A model generated the notes under the pieces. The model did no database searches and had not been told where the DNA came from. It was given only the letters and a program-made list of their open reading frames with translations. A program made the position numbers and the translations under genes. This document shows positions 50,921 to 60,393 of a stretch of 64,000 nt of DNA, piece by piece. Every line of letters begins with the position of its first letter. Position 1 is the first letter of the stretch. Source of the stretch: Longimicrobiales bacterium (GTDB lineage: Bacteria; Gemmatimonadota; Gemmatimonadetes; Longimicrobiales; Gaopeijiaceae); assembly GCA_965197725.1 (NCBI GenBank), contig CBDANQ010000053.1:1-64000 (forward strand), given 5' to 3'.

Positions 50921-51051
50921 GGGTCCCTCACTGTGCTGACCAGCGGGTCGTCGGCCAAAAGCTACCCACGGGGTCAACCGGGTCAACCCGGACTCCCGAG
51001 CGCGCCCGGTCACACTTAGGTTGAGCGGCCAGTTACCCGTCGGAGCACGCA

Positions 51052-51633
51052 ATGAGCACCGAAGTCGTCTACATCCACGCCGATGAATCCTGCCTGGGGA
51101 ATCAGTTCCAGAAGCGGGCCAACCCCGGTGGAGCCGGTGGCCTCCTGGAGGTCTGGAAGAACGGCGAATGGGAGCGGCGGGACTATTGGATCTCGGAGCC
51201 CGACACGACCAACAACCGCATGGCGCTGCGAAGCGCTCTCGAGGGGCTTAGCGTGCTCAGACGTCGCTGCACCGTGCACTTCGTCTCGGACAGCCAGTAT
51301 CTGGTGAAAGGGATCTCCGAGTGGATGCCGAACTGGAAGCGGCGCGGTTGGAAGAGGAAGGCCGGCAAGATCGAGAACCTGGAGCTCTGGAAACAGCTGG
51401 ACACCCTGCTCCAGCGCCACGACATGCGTCCCCGCTGGGTAAAGGGCCACGCCGGACACCCCGAAAACGAGTACGCGAACGAACTCGCGACGATCGCCGC
51501 CAAGGATCGGTCGAACTCCGGCGGCCTGATAGACTCCGGCTTCCAGGAGTGGCTCGACGCTCTACGCGAGAAGGGGAAGTACCTCGAGTACATGGAATTC
51601 CAGGCGCCGGCGGAGCGGTTCTCGCGGAAGTAG
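51052..51633 (+). CDS. rnhA: Ribonuclease HI
   Basis: ADESCLGN, TTNNRM, SDSQY, WVKGHAG..ENE. Confidence 0.93.
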   Translation: MSTEVVYIHADESCLGNQFQKRANPGGAGGLLEVWKNGEWERRDYWISEPDTTNNRMALRSALEGLSVLRRRCTVHFVSDSQYLVKGISEWMPNWKRRGWKRKAGKIENLELWKQLDTLLQRHDMRPRWVKGHAGHPENEYANELATIAAKDRSNSGGLIDSGFQEWLDALREKGKYLEYMEFQAPAERFSRK

Positions 51634-51723
51634 CTCAAGGCGGGCGAGCGAGGCATACTCATGTACGCCGCAGCCGAGCGAGACCGCGGTCCCAACGCAG
51701 AGATGTGCCAAAGCTCGCAGCCA

Positions 51724-51768
51724 GAAAAGCGAAAGGGCCCGAACCGTAGTCGCCTACGATCGGGCCCT
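51724..51768 (-). terminator. Intrinsic terminator (minus strand; possibly bidirectional)
   Basis: AGGGCCCGA...TCGGGCCCT stem with inner CGTAG/CTACG, followed by TTCGCTTTTC. Confidence 0.7.
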
Positions 51769-52100
51769 CTCTACTCGGGGGTCTTCCGGCCGCGTCACGC
51801 TGCGCCTTCAAGTCCCCACTGCGCTGTCGGATCCTGGCCTCGCTTGGGTCCGCCCTCGTGCAGGCGGCCAGGCCTCTCTCCATTCACCCCCGTATTGTCG
51901 CGCGGTCCGCGACCGAGAGCACCCCTTCGCTTTCGGGGCTTCTAGTGAGGGTCAGCGAACTCCCCCACCAGGCTCCCCAGAAATCCCAAGTTCCGGTTCG
52001 CCTCGCCACCGCTGCGCCGTCGCGCCCGGCAACTCACTCTTCAGATTTATCTGAGGGATGACCAACGCCATCGTCTTTCGATGAGCCGCATCTGAATCGC
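51724..52100 (-). ncRNA. Candidate unidentified structured ncRNA
   Basis: Promoter-like TTGCCA-17-TATTGA, several hairpins and long-range stems, terminator, no credible ORF. Confidence 0.4.
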
Positions 52101-52366
52101 GAAGGATCAATACCGGTTCGCGGGCACGATGGCAAGGGTTCGGCGGAGAAACACTTGTGGTTCTATATACGACGACCTAAACCCATGTTACTTAACATGT
52201 TATATGCTGCGCCAAATGTTTTTTCGAGGTTTGTTCGGGCTGTACTGTAAACATATGGATTAGGGAACATTCGTCCGAAACAAACGGGTTCTTGCCTATC
52301 CGGAACTTGAAATTCACGTAAGAAAAGTCGGTCGCGAGAGCGATCAGAAGGGGCGATCTTTGTTGT

Positions 52367-53032
52367 CTATGCTACACGAATATCGCATGAAAAGACGTCG
52401 GCGAAGCGCTCGACGAGGGATTCCGACGCTTCCGAGACGCTCACTGGCCGACCTAGCTCGCGCTGGAGCGATGTCACGTCCCCATCCGAGATGCCACAGG
52501 GCACGATCGTGCCGAAATAGTCGAGGTCAGTCGACACGTTGAGCGCTACGCCATGAGACGTGATCCACCCCGAAGAGACTCTGACACCGATCGCGGCGAG
52601 CTTGCCCATCTCGGTCCACACACCGGTGAGACCTTCGCTTCGCTCGGCGTGGACGTCGAATGACGCCGCCACTCCGATCAACACGGTCTCCAGGTCTCTC
52701 AGGTAGCGGTGCAAGTCCTCGCGGTCTGGCTGGAGGTCCAGAATCGGGTATGCGACGAGCTGGCCGGGTCCGTGATAGGTGACGTCACCGCCCCGTCCCG
52801 ACTTGAAGAGCTCGATGCCCAGGCGATCCCGCTCGACCTGGTCCGCAAGGACATGAGCCGCATCAGAGCTCGAACCGAGCGTAACGACGTGCGGGTGTTC
52901 CAGAAGTAGAAGCGTGTCGGGGATGTCGGCGGCCCGCCGCTTGGTCACCAACTCGGCCTGTAGCTCGAGTCCTTCAGCATACGGGACGACTCCCAGTTCT
53001 CGGAGCTCCAGGGTCCTACGCAGTTTGCTCAT
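52367..53032 (-). CDS. lipB: Lipoyl(octanoyl) transferase
   Basis: LLEHPHVVTLG, RGGDVTYHGPGQ, KLAAIG, HGVALN, PCGI. Confidence 0.96.
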   Translation of the reverse strand: MSKLRRTLELRELGVVPYAEGLELQAELVTKRRAADIPDTLLLLEHPHVVTLGSSSDAAHVLADQVERDRLGIELFKSGRGGDVTYHGPGQLVAYPILDLQPDREDLHRYLRDLETVLIGVAASFDVHAERSEGLTGVWTEMGKLAAIGVRVSSGWITSHGVALNVSTDLDYFGTIVPCGISDGDVTSLQRELGRPVSVSEASESLVERFADVFSCDIRVA

Positions 53033-53041
53033 GCTCGGCGA

Positions 53042-54463
53042 TCATGCGTCCTCAGGGAAGCTCTCGAGCATCTCCTTGAGGGCGGAGAGGAAGCGCGCGG
53101 AGTCCGCGCCGTCCACGATGCGATGATCGTACGCCAGTGAGAAGAGTGACCGCTTCCGGATCGCAATTACATCGGCCCCTGTCTCCGAGTCCGAGACCAC
53201 CACGACACGTTTTTCGATTGCGCCCGTGCCAAGGATGGCCGATGTCCCCTTCGGGATGATCGGGAGTCCCACCAGTGTACCCAGCACCCCGGGGTTGGTC
53301 ATGGTGAACGTCGCACCCTGAATCTCGGCCGGCATGAGCTTTCGCTCGCGCGCTCGAGTCGCCACGTCGACGATCTTGTTGCCGATCCCGAGGAGCCCCA
53401 GGTGGTCGGCGTCGTGCAGCACCGGAACGATCAAGCCCGGGTTGAGGTCGACCGCCATCCCTAGGTTCACGTTGCCTCGGGAGATCACGTTGTTTCCCGA
53501 GACCGCGGAGTTGACCATCGGAAACTCACGCAGCACGCGAGATACCGCCCAGGCCACGAAGGCCGTGTAGCTGACGCGCGCGCCCTGTGCGACCCAGCCC
53601 GCCTTGTTCTCGGACCGGATACGGTCGACCGCCGAGAAATCGACTTCGATGAACGAGTGAACGTGCGGCGCAATCCGCTTGGCCAGGACCATGTGCGCGG
53701 CGGTGAGACGACGGATCTTGTCCATCGGCTCTACCTGGTCGGCCGGGCGGACCGTGTATTCGGGATGCTGAACTTCGCCGTAGAACGCGGTCCACAGATC
53801 GGAAGGAGCCGCTGCGGCAGCAGGAGCCGAGGCTGAAACGGCCGGCAGCGCGGCGGCGGCAGAAGCCGCGGGAGCGGGAGCCGCAGGAGCAGCGGGCTGG
53901 GCCGGAACCACCCCGGCACTCGATTCGATGAAGCTCAGGATGTCCCGCTTCGTCACGCGACCGGCATGCCCGGTCCCCGGTACACTCGCGATATCGACAC
54001 CCTGTTCGTCCGCGATCTTCCTGACGACTGGGGTAGAGCGTGTACGCAACCGGTACTCGGCGCTCTCCTCGCCACCCGGCGGAGCCGCACCAGAGGTAGC
54101 GGTCGGCGGTGCTCGTGCGGGTGCTTCCGCAGCGGGCGCCGTCGCTGCTGGTGCGTTCGCGGCGGGCGTCGTCGCTGCTGGCGCAGCCACCGCAGCCTGT
54201 GCCGTGGCGGCCGGCGCGGCGCCGTTGGAATCGATGAACGCCACGACCGTGCCGACCTCGACGGTCTCGCCCTCTTCGACCGTGATCTCCACCAACGTCC
54301 CCGACGCGGGCGCCGGGATCTCCGCGTCGACCTTGTCGGTCGAAATCTCCAGGATGGGCTCATCGCGCTCGACGGCATCCCCGAGCTGCTTGAGCCACTT
54401 CGAGACGGTGCCCTCAACAATCGACTCCCCCATCGGGGGCATCGGGACTTCGATGCGAGCCAC
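53042..54463 (-). CDS. 2-oxoacid dehydrogenase E2 dihydrolipoamide acyltransferase
   Basis: Lipoyl domain STDKVD, E3-binding TPVVRK..GTG..GRVTK, DHRIVDG. Confidence 0.93.
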   Translation of the reverse strand: MARIEVPMPPMGESIVEGTVSKWLKQLGDAVERDEPILEISTDKVDAEIPAPASGTLVEITVEEGETVEVGTVVAFIDSNGAAPAATAQAAVAAPAATTPAANAPAATAPAAEAPARAPPTATSGAAPPGGEESAEYRLRTRSTPVVRKIADEQGVDIASVPGTGHAGRVTKRDILSFIESSAGVVPAQPAAPAAPAPAASAAAALPAVSASAPAAAAAPSDLWTAFYGEVQHPEYTVRPADQVEPMDKIRRLTAAHMVLAKRIAPHVHSFIEVDFSAVDRIRSENKAGWVAQGARVSYTAFVAWAVSRVLREFPMVNSAVSGNNVISRGNVNLGMAVDLNPGLIVPVLHDADHLGLLGIGNKIVDVATRARERKLMPAEIQGATFTMTNPGVLGTLVGLPIIPKGTSAILGTGAIEKRVVVVSDSETGADVIAIRKRSLFSLAYDHRIVDGADSARFLSALKEMLESFPEDA

Positions 54464-54551
54464 GCTCGATCACTCCGCTCTGTCGGATCTGGGTAGCGAC
54501 GCGTCGCTTACCCTCGGCGATGCCCTTCGGTCCTTTGTGCTTCTTCGAAAA

Positions 54552-55000
54552 TCAATAGGCGGCGAGATAGCGTGCCGCCTTTATTACATCGTCCGTTTGA
54601 GGGAGGTAGTAGTCCTCCAGCGAGCCCGAATACGGGACGGGCGCATCGATGGCCGTCACCCGCAGAATCGGGCCCTCTAGCCACTCGAACGCCCTCTCAC
54701 TGACCCGGATTGCGATCTCGCTTGCGATGCTTCCGGTCCGTGTGTCCTCGTGCACGACGAGCAGCCTGCCCGTTCGCTTCACGCTTTCAACGATCGCGTC
54801 TTCGTCGAGCGGGAGCAGCGTCCGCAGGTCGATGACCTCGACGCTGACCCCGTCGCCCTCGAGGGTCCGCGCGGCCTCAACCGATTTGTGAACCATCGCT
54901 CCGTAGGTGACGATCGTGAGGTCCTCGCCCTCCACCCTCCAGTACCGTGCGGGCCTCACCGAGCGGGACGATGTAGTCCTTCACCGGAAGATCTCGCGCA
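54552..55000 (-). pseudogene. 2-oxoacid dehydrogenase E1-beta C-terminal remnant
   Basis: DYIVPLGEAR / 7-nt duplication / EGEDLTIVTYG, EVIDLRTLLPLD, VKRTGR; N-terminal domain absent. Confidence 0.85.
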
Positions 55001-55067
55001 CGCAGGAGCCGCAGCCCCGGAGAAAGGTTGTCAGCCACGGCTCATCGAGTCAGGCGCTCGGAAGGGG

Positions 55068-55436
55068 TCAGTTCCCCGAGTTGCCTGGATCTGGGGCGTC
55101 CGTGTTTCCCGTGCCCTGCGCGGGCTGATCCCCGAGGCCGGGCAGAACCGGTGCGGGCGCGGTCACTGGAGCCTGGACCTGGATGACGGACGAAGGCTGC
55201 CGGGCACGCGAGGACATGATGGAAAGAACCAGCGCCAGCACCATGAAGATGGTGCCGGAAGTCCACGTGGCACGCGTCAGCACCGTGGTGGCCTGGCGGC
55301 CGCCGAGGATGCCTTCGGTCATGGCGGCTCCCCCGCCTACGGCCGCGAGCCCTCCACCTTTCCCGGACTGGAGAAGGATGATGACCGTCATGAATATACC
55401 GTCCAATACTAGGACGGCGAGCAAGAATCCGTACAT
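55068..55436 (-). CDS. secG: Preprotein translocase subunit SecG
   Basis: ILLQSGKGGGL, LTRATW; downstream of tpiA. Confidence 0.93.
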   Translation of the reverse strand: MYGFLLAVLVLDGIFMTVIILLQSGKGGGLAAVGGGAAMTEGILGGRQATTVLTRATWTSGTIFMVLALVLSIMSSRARQPSSVIQVQAPVTAPAPVLPGLGDQPAQGTGNTDAPDPGNSGN

Positions 55437-55438
55437 CT

Positions 55439-55470
55439 CTGCTGTGAATCCCTTCTGCTGTGAATCCCTT
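55439..55470. repeat. 16-bp perfect tandem duplication upstream of secG
   Basis: CTGCTGTGAATCCCTT x2. Confidence 0.9.
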
Positions 55471-55510
55471 CAAAGTGAGGCGTTAAACGTCGATGAGGTC
55501 CAAGTGGGTG

Positions 55511-56278
55511 TCAACGCCCCTTCTCGCCCCCTGCCGCGGCGATCTCGGCGAAGGAATGGGGATCCAGGCTGGCGCCGCCGACCAACACGCCGTCTACGTT
55601 CGCGGCACCGAGCAGGTCGGCGGCGTTGGCCGGCTTTACAGAGCCTCCGTACAGGATTGGCGTGCGCACGGCGGCCGCGAGGCCCAGAGTAGCCTCGAGC
55701 CGAGTGCGAAGCGTCCCGTGGGCATTTGCCGCGTCGTCCGGGGTCGCGGTTTCCCCGGTGCCGATGGCCCAGACCGGTTCGTACGCGATCAAGAACCGTC
55801 GGAGGTCACCCTCGAGCGCCTCCAGCGCCTCCAGCGCCGCATCCAACTGCGCGAGGATGACCTCATCGACCCGACCGTCCTGTCGCTCCGCGAGGGTCTC
55901 TCCCACGCAAACCACCGGCACCAGGCCATGCCGACAGCCGGCCGTGATCTTCAAGGCCACCTCTTCGTTGGTCTCGCCGAAGACGTGCCGTCGCTCCGAG
56001 TGGCCGACGAGCACATGGCTGGCTCCGGCTTCGGCCGCCATGGCGGCGGAGGTCTCACCGGTGAACGCGCCCCCATCCTGCCAATGGATGTTCTGTGCGC
56101 CCAGCTGAATCCTGGGATCGCGCTCGAGGCACGCCGCGGCGACCCCCAAGGAGACCACGGGAGGGAAGATCAGCAGCTCGTTCTTCCCCGCGCGTTCCTC
56201 CAGGGTGAGCCCGGCAAAAAAGGCCCGGGTCTCGGCGGCACCCATGTGCATCTTCCAGTTGCCCGCGATCACAGCCAT
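55511..56278 (-). CDS. tpiA: Triose-phosphate isomerase
   Basis: AGNWKM, GHSERR, AYEPVWAIGTG, YGGSV, LVGGASL. Confidence 0.97.
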   Translation of the reverse strand: MAVIAGNWKMHMGAAETRAFFAGLTLEERAGKNELLIFPPVVSLGVAAACLERDPRIQLGAQNIHWQDGGAFTGETSAAMAAEAGASHVLVGHSERRHVFGETNEEVALKITAGCRHGLVPVVCVGETLAERQDGRVDEVILAQLDAALEALEALEGDLRRFLIAYEPVWAIGTGETATPDDAANAHGTLRTRLEATLGLAAAVRTPILYGGSVKPANAADLLGAANVDGVLVGGASLDPHSFAEIAAAGGEKGR

Positions 56279-56283
56279 CCGGC

Positions 56284-57498
56284 CTACTCCCTATCGCTCA
56301 GTGACTCGACCGCGGGCAGCGCCACCCCCGCCAGCAGCGCGAGCGAGGCGCCGCCGCCCGTTGATACGTGGCTCAGTCGCTCGACGACACCGGCCTGCTC
56401 TGCCGCCGCCGCCGAGTGCCCCCCTCCCAGGACGCCGAGCGCTCCCCCGTCACACGCATCGGCTACGGCGCGCACCACCTCCACCGTGCCTCCGGCGAAC
56501 GCGGGGATCTCGGATACCCCCATGGGTCCGTTCCAGACGACCGTGCGGGCGCTGGAGACGATGCTCCGGTAGATGCCGCACGTCTCGGGACCGATGTCAA
56601 CGATTCGGTCCGTGTCAACGACGTCGGTCCGAGCCACCACTCGCTTCGGCGCGTCGTGGGAGATCTCGTCCGCCACCACGCAGTCGATGGGTAGCGCGAG
56701 TTTGTCCCCCGCGGCCTGGATCAACTCGGCCGCCATGTCGATGCGATCCTCTTCGACGAGTGATTCGCCTGTAGCCAACTCCATCGCCCGAAAGAACGTG
56801 TTCGCCATCGCTCCCCCGATGAGTAGCCGATCCACACGCGGCAAGAGCGCCTCAACCACGTCGATCTTCCCCGAGATCTTCGCTCCGCCCAAGATCGCGA
56901 CGAAGGGTCGCTCAGGACTCTCGAGCGCATCCCGTAGGCACTCGAGCTCACGCGCCATCAGGAGCCCAGCGACCGCTTCGCCCCCCCGTTCTCTTACCGC
57001 CCCCGCCAGACCCGCTGTCGAGGCATGTTTCCGATGAGCGGTCCCGAAAGCGTCGTTCACGAACAGGTCGGTCAGTCCCGCCCAGGTGGCCGAGAGCTCC
57101 GGTTTGTTCGCGGTCTCACCCGGGTGGAAGCGGGTGTTCTCGAGCAAGGCGATTTCTCCGTCATCGAGTGCGAATACGGCATTCTCTCCGCCTCGGCCAA
57201 CGGCGTCCCGTACGAAGGCCACAGGTGTCCCGAGCCGACCGCCCAGGTACTCGGCTACGGGTGCGAGCGAGAAGTCCGGATTCGGGCGTCCCTTCGGCCG
57301 ACCCATGTGAGACAGGGCGACCGTGCGAGCGCCGGACTCGCGGAGCACCGTGAGCGTCGGCAGCGAAGCCTCGATGCGCTGGGCGTCCAAGACCCGGCCG
57401 GACTGCACACGCACGTTGAGATCCGTGCGGACCAGAACCGTGCGACCGCGCAGGGTCGCTCGGTCGATGTCGGCGAGGGTCTTCTTCAGTGGGCTCAG
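56284..57498 (-). CDS. pgk: Phosphoglycerate kinase (probable CTG start)
   Basis: VLVRTDLNV, SHMGRP, LENTRF, NDAFGTAHR, GGAKIS, WNGPMG, STGGGASL. Confidence 0.94.
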   Translation of the reverse strand: MSPLKKTLADIDRATLRGRTVLVRTDLNVRVQSGRVLDAQRIEASLPTLTVLRESGARTVALSHMGRPKGRPNPDFSLAPVAEYLGGRLGTPVAFVRDAVGRGGENAVFALDDGEIALLENTRFHPGETANKPELSATWAGLTDLFVNDAFGTAHRKHASTAGLAGAVRERGGEAVAGLLMARELECLRDALESPERPFVAILGGAKISGKIDVVEALLPRVDRLLIGGAMANTFFRAMELATGESLVEEDRIDMAAELIQAAGDKLALPIDCVVADEISHDAPKRVVARTDVVDTDRIVDIGPETCGIYRSIVSSARTVVWNGPMGVSEIPAFAGGTVEVVRAVADACDGGALGVLGGGHSAAAAEQAGVVERLSHVSTGGGASLALLAGVALPAVESLSDRE

Positions 57499-57710
57499 TC
57501 CCAGTCCTGATCCGGGTCCTCGCGCCGATCCAGGTCGCGTTGAGCGACGATGCCGGCACCAACCTCCGGAACGTCAACGATGATCCGTAGTGTGGGCCTA
57601 CCCCGGTCGACGTCATTCAGCGCGACCGTGAGGAGCTCGCTCGTGAGGCCGCCCGCGGCTGGGAACCGATCCCAGGTCGGTCGGACTAGCGGAGCCACGG
57701 CTTCTTGCAC
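57495..57710 (-). CDS. Small hypothetical protein between gap and pgk
   Basis: 71-aa ORF filling the gap; its stop overlaps the proposed pgk start. Confidence 0.35.
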   Translation of the reverse strand: MQEAVAPLVRPTWDRFPAAGGLTSELLTVALNDVDRGRPTLRIIVDVPEVGAGIVAQRDLDRREDPDQDWD

Positions 57711-57718
57711 TCGCGCGC

Positions 57719-58747
57719 CTAAGCCTCGACCGGCGCCGGGAGGCGCTCCCCGACGTAGCGCACGAGGTCCACGACGCGATTCGAGTACCCCCACTCGTTG
57801 TCGTACCAGGAGAGGACTTTCACCATCCGGCCCGCCATGACCGAGGTGGAGAGCGCGTCGACGATCGAGCTGAACGGGCTCCCCCGGTAGTCGATCGACA
57901 CGAGCGGCTCGTCTGAAACGTCCAGGATGCCTTCCAGGGCACCACCAGCGGCGTCCCGAAAGGCCGCGTTGACCTCTTCCGCGGTAGTGTCCTTGTCCAC
58001 CTCGACCACGACGTCGACGATGGACACGTCCGCGGTCGGCACGCGAAGAGCCATGCCGTCGATGCGACCCGCGACAGTCGGCAATACGAGCCCGGTCGCC
58101 TTCGCCGCGCCGGTGGTGGTCGGGATCATCGAGACGCCAGCAGCACGAGCGCGCCTGAGGTCGCTGTGCGGCAGGTCCAGGATACTCTGGTCGTTCGTAT
58201 ACGCGTGGATAGTCGTCATCAGTCCGTGACGGAATCCGAAGCTCTCTGTGAGGACCTTCACCACCGGCGCGAGACAGTTGGTCGTGCAGCTCGCGTTGGA
58301 GATTACATCGTGACTCTCGGGATCGTACTGATCGTGGTTCACGCCAAGCACGATGGTGACGTCCTCGTTCTTCCCGGGCGCGGAGATGATCACCTTCTTC
58401 GCGCCCGCCGTGAGATGCTTGGCCGCGCCATCACGGTCCCGGAAGTGGCCCGTCGACTCGATTACGATGTCGATCCCGAGGTCCGCCCATGGGAGCCGGG
58501 CGGGGTCGCGCTCGCTGAAAACCCTGACCTCGTCACCGTCGACGACCACGCTGCCCTCGGCGACCTCGACGGTGCCCGGGTAGTGCCCGTGCACGGAGTC
58601 GTACCTGAGCAGGTGAGCGAGCGTCGCGGCGTCGGTGAGATCGTTCACGGCGACGAAGTCGATGTCGGCGCCGCCGGCCTGCTTCGCACTGCGAAGAACG
58701 TTGCGGCCGATGCGACCGAATCCGTTGATGGCTACCCGGATTGGCAT
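57719..58747 (-). CDS. gap: Glyceraldehyde-3-phosphate dehydrogenase
   Basis: [29 protein letters not shown]. Confidence 0.98.
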   Translation of the reverse strand: MPIRVAINGFGRIGRNVLRSAKQAGGADIDFVAVNDLTDAATLAHLLRYDSVHGHYPGTVEVAEGSVVVDGDEVRVFSERDPARLPWADLGIDIVIESTGHFRDRDGAAKHLTAGAKKVIISAPGKNEDVTIVLGVNHDQYDPESHDVISNASCTTNCLAPVVKVLTESFGFRHGLMTTIHAYTNDQSILDLPHSDLRRARAAGVSMIPTTTGAAKATGLVLPTVAGRIDGMALRVPTADVSIVDVVVEVDKDTTAEEVNAAFRDAAGGALEGILDVSDEPLVSIDYRGSPFSSIVDALSTSVMAGRMVKVLSWYDNEWGYSNRVVDLVRYVGERLPAPVEA

Positions 58748-58808
58748 GAGCGTGGGCTCCTACTGGTCGAGTGCTGAGGCAGTCTACAAGGTAACCCCCA
58801 TGTGGCCG

Positions 58809-59557
58809 TCATGTGGCTGTGAGCGGGTCGTGGGGCAGCGCCCTCGCGTAGGCGATCAGAGTGACGCGCGCGGCCCCTGCCGCGATCAATGTCTCGGCGG
58901 CTTCGCAGGCGGTCGCTCCCGTCGTGAGCACGTCGTCGATCAGGAGGACGTGGGCGCCCTCCAGCACCGCTCGGACCCCGGCGGCCAGGGAGAACGCGCC
59001 TGCCACGTTCGCGCGCCGCTCCGCGGGGCGCAACGACGTCTGAGAGGCACTCGCCCCAGTGCGTACCAGCAGCTCGTCCAGCGCCAGCGAACGGTTGCTG
59101 GCGTAGCATTCGGCGAGCAAGCCCGCCTGGTTGTAGCCACGCGCTCGCAGGCGCAGCCTGGTCGTGGGGACCGGCGCTACGAGCGCTCACCCCCCCTCGC
59201 TTGGGAGCGAGAGGGGCGTCATCGCCGAAGCCATGACCGGGGCTAATTCCGGCCATCCCTCGTACTTGAGCGCGTGCACGAGGTCATCGGCGGGCGGCGC
59301 GAGCACGTAGGCATAGCGCGCCGTGGAGAGCGCGGCCGACCAGTCCCGGCAGCCGCGGCACTGCAGATCGCTCGTCCGTCCCGTGCCGCTGGGAAAGTGG
59401 CACCGCCCGCAGCGGGGCCACGGCGCCACCTTGAGTCGGGTCCGACATCGGGCGCACACGAGCCCGCCGCGCCGCCTGGCACCCAGATTCCACAGGATAT
59501 GCAGCCGGCCGGCAGCAACAGATCGGTGAAGTCCGCGGCCCATGATGCCGCGTTCAC
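58809..59557 (-). pseudogene. comF: ComF family phosphoribosyltransferase-like protein, disrupted
   Basis: Zn-ribbon CxxC pairs, HALKY, RGYNQ, LLIDDVLTTGAT; frameshift near 59470 and in-frame TGA at 59187-59189. Confidence 0.85.
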
Positions 59558-60393
59558 CCAGGTTGGCTCCCCTTCATCGCAGCGCGCATCACTTCCACTG
59601 GAGCGGGCTTGCCCCACCATCGCTCGAACGAGGCAGCCGCCTGTTGCACGAGCATCTCCGCGCCGTCGGTCGCCCGGATTCCGAGCGCTTCGGCCGCGCG
59701 AACGAAGGGAGTCGGCTTGCTGCCATACACGAGGTCCATCGCCGCACCGACTCGGTTGAGCATCTCGAAGTCCAGCGGTGTGGGATCGGATTCTCTGAGG
59801 CCCAACCGGGTAGCGTTCACAACCAGATCGAAGCTTTCGCTTCGCAATCCCTCGAGGAGCGGTGAGACTCGCGTTTTCTGTCCCCCGATTCGACGCGCAA
59901 CCGCGCGGGCACGTTCGGCCGTGCGATTGAAGATGAGCACTTCGCCGGCGTCCTCCTCGAGCAAGCCCATTAAGGCTGCGCGGGCGGCACCGCCGGCACC
60001 GAGCAACAGGACGCGGATCCCCGCCGGGGAGCCCTCGACGAAGCTCTTGAGCGCGCGCCGAAAACCGTCCACGTCGGTGTTGTCGCCGTGGACCCGCCCG
60101 TCGTCGTCGCCCCAGAACGTGTTGCAGGCCCCGGTTCGACGCACCGCGGGGCTCGCGACGTCCACGACCGAGGCGGCCTTCTCCTTGTGCGGGAGCGTGA
60201 TATTTCCGCCACCGCCTGCTCGGGACAGGCCCCGCATGAAGCCGTGAAGGTCGTCCGCGGCGCAGCGAACGGCCACGAAGATCCCGTCCACACCGGCTGC
60301 CGAAAACGCCGCGTTCAGGATCGTCGGAGACATGGAGTGCCCGACGGGGTCGCCCAACAGGGCCAGCGCGCGAGTCGATGCCGTGACGCTCAT
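59554..60393 (-). CDS. aroE: Shikimate dehydrogenase
   Basis: GDPVGHSMSP, NITLPHK, GACNT, NTDVDG, GAGGAAR, NATRLG, DGAEML. Confidence 0.95.
   Translation of the reverse strand: MSVTASTRALALLGDPVGHSMSPTILNAAFSAAGVDGIFVAVRCAADDLHGFMRGLSRAGGGGNITLPHKEKAASVVDVASPAVRRTGACNTFWGDDDGRVHGDNTDVDGFRRALKSFVEGSPAGIRVLLLGAGGAARAALMGLLEEDAGEVLIFNRTAERARAVARRIGGQKTRVSPLLEGLRSESFDLVVNATRLGLRESDPTPLDFEMLNRVGAAMDLVYGSKPTPFVRAAEALGIRATDGAEMLVQQAAASFERWWGKPAPVEVMRAAMKGSQPG

Noticed and set aside
51724..52100. tmRNA, RNase P RNA, SRP RNA or c-di-AMP riboswitch identity for the candidate ncRNA
   Set aside because: No tRNA-like ends, no GAGGAAAGTCC, no SRP domain IV loop; only fragmentary GGGGTGAAT similarity and no downstream gene
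52185..52220. dif-like site (ATGTTAA arm)
   Set aside because: XerD-like arm is partial and the XerC arm does not match
59187..59189. In-frame TGA in comF as selenocysteine
   Set aside because: Not at a Cys-type position, no evident SECIS, and the gene has a separate frameshift
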